A stretch of 24,000 bases of DNA from Candidatus Scotarchaeum otlingeri (GTDB lineage: Archaea > Thermoproteota > Nitrososphaeria > Geothermarchaeales > JDFR-13): contig MTMA02000006.1 of the NCBI GenBank assembly GCA_002011075.2, forward strand, positions 831,261 through 855,260, read 5' to 3'. The translations under genes were made by a program, and so were the position numbers. Below are positions 8,236 to 15,026 of the stretch, piece by piece. Every line of letters starts with the position of its first letter. Position 1 is the first letter of the stretch. The notes beneath the pieces are model-generated. The model did not search any database, was not told the DNA's origin, and was given only the letters and a program-made list of their open reading frames with translations.

Positions 8236-9450
8236 CTATTTCGCTACCATTCTAATCCTTCTAGTAATAAATCTACTCATTCTATACATAGCTTCATTAA
8301 TTATTTCGTCTCTAGGCAAGAATACAGCTCTAAAGTGCATGGTACCGCTCAACTTACCGAATCCACTACCATAAACTATAAAAACACCCTCCTCTTTCAG
8401 TAAATTAATTACGAACTCTCTATCATCTCTGAATAGACCATTTATTATTTTGGGAAACATATAAAAGGTAGCATCCGGCCTTTGGGTTGTTAAGAACTCG
8501 TTCTCATCTATCCATTTAATCATTAAGTCCCTCCTTCTCCTCAGCTTATCTATCATATCTCTTATATGGTCCTGTGGACCCTCTAGCGCCGCTATACCTG
8601 CGTATTGAACAGGTGTATTCACACACAATCGTAGCCTAGCCTGTCTCAATATTCCTTCTCTAATATCATCCTTATATCTATCTGTAGGATCATTGATATA
8701 GATATAGCCTAGTCTCCAACCTGTCATAAGGTAAGCCTTAGAAAATCCATTTAATCCTATCACAAGATTATCTTTAGCTATCGATGACAAAGAGGTGTAT
8801 TGACCGTCAAGAATTATTTGATCATAAATTTCGTCAGATACTATAGGTATATCGTGTTCTGCAGCTATATCCACAATCTCTCTTAATGCTTTATGGCTGT
8901 ATAAGGCTCCGGTAGGATTGTTGGGATTTACAACTACAATTAATCTTGTCCTCTCATTTATCTTATCTCTTAGGTCATCTACATCTGGTCTCCAACCCTC
9001 ATCCTCAATACATCTATACTCCACAGCCTTACCGTAATATAAATATGGCGAACCAATGTAGGATGGATAGGATGGACTTGGAACCAAAATCTCTTCTCCG
9101 GGATCCATGAAGACCCTAATAATAAAGTTTATCGCTTCCGCCACACCACTAGTCACTATAACATATTCTGGATCCACATCGACCCCACTTATCTTTTTGA
9201 TATGACGAGATATTGCGTTTCTAAGCTCTCTTATTCCCTGCGATTCAGAATAATAATTATGTCCCTTAACTGAAGCCTCATAATACGCGTCAATAATGTG
9301 ACTTGGAGTTTTGAAGTCATATTTGAGTGGATCTCCTATATTGAGGTAGATAATTTTTTTACCCTTTTTCTCGACCTCTTTGGCGATGGGCACAAGCTCC
9401 CTGATTACATAACTAACTTTCTCTAAAGATTTTGAGTACTTTATATCCAT
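8236..9450 (-). CDS. Class I/II PLP-dependent aminotransferase, alanine/aspartate aminotransferase-like
   Basis: 404 aa. Motifs present: LNIGDP...FKTP, NPNNPTG, SDEIY, and the PLP-lysine motif SKAYLMTGWRLGY. The N-terminal region resembles archaeal AlaAT (LNIGDPxKFDF). Confidence 0.85.
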   Translation of the reverse strand: MDIKYSKSLEKVSYVIRELVPIAKEVEKKGKKIIYLNIGDPLKYDFKTPSHIIDAYYEASVKGHNYYSESQGIRELRNAISRHIKKISGVDVDPEYVIVTSGVAEAINFIIRVFMDPGEEILVPSPSYPSYIGSPYLYYGKAVEYRCIEDEGWRPDVDDLRDKINERTRLIVVVNPNNPTGALYSHKALREIVDIAAEHDIPIVSDEIYDQIILDGQYTSLSSIAKDNLVIGLNGFSKAYLMTGWRLGYIYINDPTDRYKDDIREGILRQARLRLCVNTPVQYAGIAALEGPQDHIRDMIDKLRRRRDLMIKWIDENEFLTTQRPDATFYMFPKIINGLFRDDREFVINLLKEEGVFIVYGSGFGKLSGTMHFRAVFLPRDEIINEAMYRMSRFITRRIRMVAK

Positions 9451-9486
9451 ATCTCCACCACTCTAAAATTAATTATATCTCCATTG

Positions 9487-9502
9487 TGCATTAATTAATG
9501 CA
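9487..9502. promoter_or_regulatory. Perfect 16-bp palindrome TGCATTAATTAATGCA upstream of the aminotransferase gene
   Basis: Read directly. It lies 37-52 nt upstream of ATG 9450 (minus strand). It could be an operator or the BRE/TATA region itself, since a GGTGGAG SD-like element lies at -11 to -3. Confidence 0.3.
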
Positions 9503-9561
9503 GAATAAATACTATATATTTAAAATTCTATAGTTAGCTCTTATTCTATGCATTAATAGGA

Positions 9562-10293
9562 TTATATATGTAGCTTTAGGATATACTCTATTTTCTCCTC
9601 CGATAAAGCTTTTTTCCATCTATCGCCTATAGCGATAAGAACCATTATTCCAGCTACATCGGTTTTTAACCGTCTAAACATATCTAGAATACATTTGTAT
9701 GTACTGCCTGTTCTCAAGATATCATCTACTATCAAAATAATATCTCGTTGTTTGATAAGATCCCTATCTATATAAAATGTATTAATAAATCCATCATCTG
9801 TCGTATAGCTCCCCTCTATATATCTCCTTACACCTACTTCTTTATACTTTTTGGCTATAACAAGTGGTACATTAAGCACTTCTGCAACTATTGTTGCAAA
9901 TGGAACTCCATCAGTGGCTGGCGATACTATTTTGGTTATATATTTTCCGCCGAATCTCTTAGCAACCTCAAGTGCCGCTATCCTTAAGAAAGTTATATCG
10001 CCAATTAATCCTTGATTATTTAGGAATCCCTGTCTATTGATCTTTATTCGCTTTATAATAGCTTCCTCTAGGTCTAGCAGCTGGACTAATCTATTGTAAA
10101 GCTTTTCTGCCTTATCATCGCTGGGGAGAATTCTTCCCCTATAATAGCGGCTCAGTACTGAAGGGGGCTCATTGAGATACTCTGATAACTGATCCCAATT
10201 ATAGTTGCTCTTAACTATTTTGAGTATATCTATTAGAAGCAGCTTCTTCAGCATCTTATTATACATTGATCCCGATGGCTTAGAAGACATCAT
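9562..10293 (-). CDS. Putative transcription regulator with an N-terminal HTH and a C-terminal type-I phosphoribosyltransferase domain (PurR-like architecture)
   Basis: The N-terminal segment WDQLSEYLNEPPSVLSRYYRG looks like an HTH. The C-terminal part has PATDGVPFATIVAEVLNVPLVIAKK and the PRPP-binding loop ILIVDDILRTGST. It is divergently arranged from a nucleoside-type ABC transporter. Confidence 0.62.
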   Translation of the reverse strand: MMSSKPSGSMYNKMLKKLLLIDILKIVKSNYNWDQLSEYLNEPPSVLSRYYRGRILPSDDKAEKLYNRLVQLLDLEEAIIKRIKINRQGFLNNQGLIGDITFLRIAALEVAKRFGGKYITKIVSPATDGVPFATIVAEVLNVPLVIAKKYKEVGVRRYIEGSYTTDDGFINTFYIDRDLIKQRDIILIVDDILRTGSTYKCILDMFRRLKTDVAGIMVLIAIGDRWKKALSEEKIEYILKLHI

Positions 10294-10399
10294 ATCCCCT
10301 ACCTATAATATTATTATGTTATATTTTTATATCTTTATTTAAAAAAGTCTTAAATAGCCTAATTTGATTTAAATCTTCTTGTCTCGATGGTGAATTGTT
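10294..10399. promoter_or_regulatory. Divergent promoter region between the PurR-like regulator and the BMP transporter operon
   Basis: 106-bp A/T-rich spacer. The minus strand has GATATAAAAATAT at about -40 to -28 of ATG 10293. The plus strand has CTTAAATAG and GATTTAAATC, followed by GGTGA 7 nt before ATG 10400. Confidence 0.4.
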
Positions 10400-10483
10400 A
10401 TGGTAAACCGTAGAGAATTCTTAGTTGGAGGTCTTTCGCTTGCAGCTGGACTGGCTATCGGAGGTGCTGCTGTAGCATCGCTT
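10400..10483 (+). other. Twin-arginine (Tat) type signal peptide of the substrate-binding protein
   Basis: MVNRREFLVGGLSLAAGLAIGGAAVASL has RR-x-FL followed by an Ala/Gly-rich h-region. No lipobox cysteine is present. Confidence 0.55.
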
Positions 10484-11521
10484 AAGCCTACGGAAGAAGT
10501 TGTCACTACTCCTCAAGAAAAGGAGTATCTAAAGGCTGGATGGATATATGTGGGTCCTGTAGGTGATAAGGGATGGACATATGCGCATGACTTAGGTAGA
10601 AAATATGCCGAGGAACGGCTTGATTTCTTGGAAACCATATATATAGAGAGTGTTCAAGAGAAGGATGCCGACAGATACATAGATGAATTAGTTGAGGAAG
10701 GTTGTGATGTGATATTTACTACAAGCTATGGATACATGGATGCAACAATAGAAGCGGGGAAGCGCTATCCTGATAGGATATTTATGCATTGTTCAGGGTT
10801 CAAACGATCAGAGAATGTAGGTACCTATTTTATCCGGATGTATCAGCCCTATTATTTAAATGGGCTTATAGCGGGTGCTGTAACCAAGTCGAATAAACTT
10901 GGTTATGTAGCGGCTTTTCCTATTCCCGAGGTCGTAAGGCATATTAATGCCTTTCATCTAGGAGCTAGAGAAATGAACCCGGATGTAGAGACATATGTGG
11001 TCTGGATATATAGCTGGTTTGATCCTGATGCGGCTAGAAGTGCAGCCGAGACTTTGATAGGCCAAGGTATAGATGTGTTAGCATTTACAGAAGACACGTC
11101 TACAGTTGTTGAGGTAGCCGAGGAAAATGGGGTTTTCTCGTTCGGACATTATACCGATATGAGTATGTATGGGCCTAATGCCCATCTTTCTGGCCAGATA
11201 GCTAACTGGGGAGTTATATATGAAGATGTTCTTATAAGAGCTTACACTGGTGTATGGTATAGTAAGGACTATTGGTGGGGGTTCGCTGAGGGAGCTGTTG
11301 ATATAGCACCTATGAATAAATATGTTCCTAGTGATGTTAAGGCGTTAGTTGAGGAAAGAAAGGCGTTAATGGCTGAATGGACCTTTGAACCATTTACAGG
11401 GCCTATCTATGATAGAGATGGTAATTTACAAGTTCCAGATGGAGAGAGGGCTTCTCACGACCATCTATGGAATATGATGTATTTCCTACCAGGAATAGTA
11501 GGCGAATTGCCTACTACCTAA
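10400..11521 (+). CDS. BMP-family (PnrA/NupN/Med-like) ABC transporter substrate-binding protein
   Basis: 373 aa with an N-terminal Tat-like signal. The mature part is typical of basic-membrane-protein nucleoside receptors (GDKGWTYAHD, CDVIFTTSYGY, GYVAAFPIPEV, AFTEDTS). It is followed by the ATPase and two permeases in nupNOPQ order. Confidence 0.85.
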   Translation: MVNRREFLVGGLSLAAGLAIGGAAVASLKPTEEVVTTPQEKEYLKAGWIYVGPVGDKGWTYAHDLGRKYAEERLDFLETIYIESVQEKDADRYIDELVEEGCDVIFTTSYGYMDATIEAGKRYPDRIFMHCSGFKRSENVGTYFIRMYQPYYLNGLIAGAVTKSNKLGYVAAFPIPEVVRHINAFHLGAREMNPDVETYVVWIYSWFDPDAARSAAETLIGQGIDVLAFTEDTSTVVEVAEENGVFSFGHYTDMSMYGPNAHLSGQIANWGVIYEDVLIRAYTGVWYSKDYWWGFAEGAVDIAPMNKYVPSDVKALVEERKALMAEWTFEPFTGPIYDRDGNLQVPDGERASHDHLWNMMYFLPGIVGELPTT

Positions 11522-11529
11522 TTTTTTTT
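11522..11529 (+). terminator. Oligo-T tract (T8) immediately after the SBP stop codon; candidate partial terminator or attenuator
   Basis: Read directly: TAA(11519-11521) then TTTTTTTT. The next gene starts at 11541. Archaeal RNAP terminates at oligo-T runs. Confidence 0.35.
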
Positions 11530-11540
11530 AGTGTCCCGTT

Positions 11541-13055
11541 ATGAATGATAATATAATAATAAGGGCTAATGGTATAAGAGTAGAATATCCAAATGTAGTA
11601 GCAAATGATAATGTAGATTTCGAATTGCTACATGGCGAAATACATGGCCTATTGGGTGAAAATGGCGCTGGGAAAACAACCTTAGTTAATGTTATTTATG
11701 GCATAAAAAGGCCTGATTCTGGGGAACTATATATTTTTGGAGATAAAATTACTTCCTTCTCCCCCAAGGTAGCACAGAGATATGGATTATATATGATTCC
11801 TCAGCACTCAATACTCGTTGAGCGTCATACAGTTCTTGAGAATATTGCATTGGCCCTTCCTGGTTTCAAATTAAATAAGAAAGCTCTTAGAGCTAAGGTG
11901 ATGAGGCTAATTAATAGGCTTAGATTAGAGCTAGACCTAGATAGTAAGGTAATGGATTTGAGTGTTGGTGAAAAGCAGAGAGTTGAAGCAATAAGGGCAT
12001 TAGTTAGGGGAGCTAAAGTTTTAATAATGGATGAACCCACATCCGTTTTATCTCCAATGGAGACTTATTCATTATTTTCATTCATTAGAAACTTAAAGAA
12101 GGAAGGATTATCAGTTATCTTTATTACCCATAGATTGAGGGAAGTGATGGAGCTTTGCGATAGGGTAACTGTTTTGAGGAAAGGACGTAATATGGGTACG
12201 TTGACAAGAGAGGAAATGACCATAGATAAATTAACAGAATTGATGTTCAGTAGAAAGATTATGATTAGACGATATAATAACAGATCCATGCAAGGTAAAG
12301 TCATATTATCACTAAAGAATGTATCTACATTTAGTAATGGTGGATACATCGGACTAAAGGATATTAGTCTAGATATACGGGTCGGAGAAATCGTGGGGAT
12401 TGTCGGTGTGGCGGGTAATGGACAGAATGAGTTAGCTCAAGTCGCAGTGGGCCTAATTAAGCCACATAGCGGACGAATCATAATAGATGGAGATGACTTA
12501 ACAGGAAAATCAATATTTGAATTCTATAAGAAGGGACTGGCCTATATACCCGACAATATACTGGATGGATTAGTCCTAGATATGACATTGACTGAAAATG
12601 CTATTCTTAAGCTTTATAGAACCTCTGGATTCTCGATGAACCATATAGTTGATTGGGAGACAGCGAAAAGATATACAAGTGAGATAGTCAAGAACCTCGA
12701 GATCAAGACTCCAAGTATAGATGTTAAGATTAAGAGTTTGTCCGGCGGAAACCTTCAGAGATTTATTCTATCAAGAGAATTATCGAATAACCCCAAGATA
12801 ATTATAGCTGTACACCCTAGCCGGGGGTTGGACCTCGAGTCTACAGCGAAGGTTCTGGGTTATCTAGCGAAAATGAAATCGCATTCTGGGATTCTATTGA
12901 TAACTGAGGATCTCGATGAAGCTATTAAAATCTGTGATAAGATAATGATCATATATAAAGGAAAACTTTCGAAGCCCATGAATATAGATAACCTAGATTA
13001 CGAGTTGGCTGGGAAAATGATGTCTGGAGCGGTCTCCATTGAAGAAGCAAATTGA
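11541..13055 (+). CDS. ABC transporter ATP-binding protein, duplicated ATPase (nucleoside/sugar CUT2-type)
   Basis: 504 aa. Walker A GENGAGKTT, signature LSVGEKQRVE and Walker B LIMDEP. The second half has GVAGNGQNEL and LSGGNLQRF. Confidence 0.92.
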   Translation: MNDNIIIRANGIRVEYPNVVANDNVDFELLHGEIHGLLGENGAGKTTLVNVIYGIKRPDSGELYIFGDKITSFSPKVAQRYGLYMIPQHSILVERHTVLENIALALPGFKLNKKALRAKVMRLINRLRLELDLDSKVMDLSVGEKQRVEAIRALVRGAKVLIMDEPTSVLSPMETYSLFSFIRNLKKEGLSVIFITHRLREVMELCDRVTVLRKGRNMGTLTREEMTIDKLTELMFSRKIMIRRYNNRSMQGKVILSLKNVSTFSNGGYIGLKDISLDIRVGEIVGIVGVAGNGQNELAQVAVGLIKPHSGRIIIDGDDLTGKSIFEFYKKGLAYIPDNILDGLVLDMTLTENAILKLYRTSGFSMNHIVDWETAKRYTSEIVKNLEIKTPSIDVKIKSLSGGNLQRFILSRELSNNPKIIIAVHPSRGLDLESTAKVLGYLAKMKSHSGILLITEDLDEAIKICDKIMIIYKGKLSKPMNIDNLDYELAGKMMSGAVSIEEAN

Positions 13056-14082
13056 CGAGTTGATTCTTGCCCTACCTTCATGGGTGTTTCTGCCGATAGC
13101 TATCATCCTCTCCCTAATAATTTTTGGTGTAATACTTGTAGTTAATGATAAGAATCCGATATTAGTTTATCACGAAATAATAATAACAGGCTTCGGGAGT
13201 TATAGAGGTTTAAGTGAAACCTTAACCACCTCCATCCCACTGATATTAGCAGGGGTAGGCTTATCTATTGCTTATAAGGCTAATCTATGGAATATAGGGG
13301 CTGAGGGCCAGCTATATATGGGGGCGATAGGGGCAGGCATCATAGCTTATGAGTTTTCACCTACCCCAGTAAGTCTTATCGGCATGTTTATATTTGGATT
13401 CTTATTTGGTGGGGTATGGGGATTAATACCGGCTTTATTGAAAAGATATTATGAAGTAAATGAGATAATCACGACGCTTATGATGAACTATATAGCCATT
13501 CATATAATGGATTATCTTGTTTTTGGTAGATGGAGAGACCCAACTACATTTGGCTTCCCTTTTACACCATTATTGCCCGATAATATGATTATACCTAGGT
13601 TATTACCAGGTTCCCGGCTACATGCCACAGTAATCATAGCTATATTTGCTTCTATAGCTATCTATCTCCTAATGTATAAGACCACCGAGGGTTATGAGAT
13701 AAGGGTATATGGAGGGAATCCGGAGGCTGCCAGGTACTCAGGTATTAATATAACCAAAGTGCTTCTATTATCAATGTTCCTAAGCGGTGCATTAGCCGGT
13801 ATCGCCGGAGTCGGAGAGTTCGCTGGAATACATAGGAGGTTAACAACAGGCTTTTCCAAAGGATACGGCTATACAGCAATATTGATCGCATGGCTGGGGT
13901 CGCTTAACCCCATATATGTAATGGTTGCAGCTATATTATTCTCCGGCTTTGTAGTAGGTTTAGATGCGCTACAAATATCTATTGGGTTACCATTTGCATC
14001 GATATACCTATTCGAGGGAATTCTGTTAATAGCTATATTGATAAGGGAATATGCGGAAAGGGTGAAAGCGAGATATGTTTGA
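13039..14082 (+). CDS. ABC transporter permease (BPD_transp_2 family, NupP/YufP-like)
   Basis: Polytopic hydrophobic 347-aa ORF with NIGAEGQLYMGA and TTLMMNYI motifs. The TTG start at 13039 overlaps the ATPase stop by 17 nt, so the exact start is uncertain. Confidence 0.82.
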   Translation: MKKQIDELILALPSWVFLPIAIILSLIIFGVILVVNDKNPILVYHEIIITGFGSYRGLSETLTTSIPLILAGVGLSIAYKANLWNIGAEGQLYMGAIGAGIIAYEFSPTPVSLIGMFIFGFLFGGVWGLIPALLKRYYEVNEIITTLMMNYIAIHIMDYLVFGRWRDPTTFGFPFTPLLPDNMIIPRLLPGSRLHATVIIAIFASIAIYLLMYKTTEGYEIRVYGGNPEAARYSGINITKVLLLSMFLSGALAGIAGVGEFAGIHRRLTTGFSKGYGYTAILIAWLGSLNPIYVMVAAILFSGFVVGLDALQISIGLPFASIYLFEGILLIAILIREYAERVKARYV

Positions 14083-15013
14083 GGATATAGCATTATTTCT
14101 AGAGGTTAGCCTCTCCGCAGGCTCTGTATTACTTCTAGCGGCACTAGGTGAGATAGTTGCTGAGAGATCTGGAATACTAAACTTGGGTGTAGAGGGAATG
14201 ATGAGTACGGGAGCACTGGCTGCTTTTTATATATCACTAATGACACAAAATCCGTATCTCGGTATAATTGTCGGTGGGTTATCAGGCCTTCTATTATCTT
14301 TAGCCCATGCATTTACGTCTGTAACTCTGAAAGCTAATCAGATATTGAGTGGTCTAGGGCTGGCTATTCTAGGAATAGGATTAAGCGGCTTCTTTGGGAA
14401 ACCGGTCATAGGCATGATAGCTCCGTCACTTGATATCATAGCTATACCCCTTTTATCTGATATACCGTTTGTTGGGGTGATATTATTTAGACAAGACATA
14501 TTAACCTATTTTAGCCTGATATCTGCATTAGTATTAGGATATATTATATATTATACAAAGCTGGGATTGGTTCTTAGGACGGTGGGTGAAAACCCTGAGG
14601 CGGCTGATTACATGGGGATTAATGTCGACTTGGTAAGGTATATAGCTATCATGATAGGAGGATTATTTGCTGGGTTAGCTGGGGCGCAGTTATCACTTGT
14701 CCACCTACCTACATGGATCGAGAATATGACGGCGGGTAGGGGATGGATAGCCCTTGCATTGGTCATATTCTCGCTTTGGAATCCCATGCTAGCGCCATTT
14801 GCATCTACGTTTTTCGGTGCGTTATCTATATTGCCATATTATCTTCAAATCTTCGGTTTCAGGGTTGGAACGGGTCTTTTGGCGACCATACCTTATCTAG
14901 GTACAGTATTATCTATGACCCTGATATCGATGAGTAGGTTTAGGAAATATCTTGGTGCTCCGGCTGCATTAGCGAGACCATATATCCGGGGAGAGAAGGA
15001 ATTATATAAATAA
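14075..15013 (+). CDS. ABC transporter permease (BPD_transp_2 family, NupQ/YufQ-like)
   Basis: 312-aa hydrophobic ORF. It overlaps the previous permease by 8 nt. Contains LNLGVEGMM and a GENPEAADYMGINV loop. Confidence 0.85.
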   Translation: MFEDIALFLEVSLSAGSVLLLAALGEIVAERSGILNLGVEGMMSTGALAAFYISLMTQNPYLGIIVGGLSGLLLSLAHAFTSVTLKANQILSGLGLAILGIGLSGFFGKPVIGMIAPSLDIIAIPLLSDIPFVGVILFRQDILTYFSLISALVLGYIIYYTKLGLVLRTVGENPEAADYMGINVDLVRYIAIMIGGLFAGLAGAQLSLVHLPTWIENMTAGRGWIALALVIFSLWNPMLAPFASTFFGALSILPYYLQIFGFRVGTGLLATIPYLGTVLSMTLISMSRFRKYLGAPAALARPYIRGEKELYK

Positions 15014-15026
15014 TTATGATGCATCA

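Noticed and set aside
10366-10375. 10-bp palindrome GATTTAAATC in the regulator/transporter divergent region, as a possible operator
   Set aside because: It is short and purely A/T in its core. It is indistinguishable from a TATA-like element or a chance occurrence in AT-rich DNA. It is kept only as part of the promoter-region feature.
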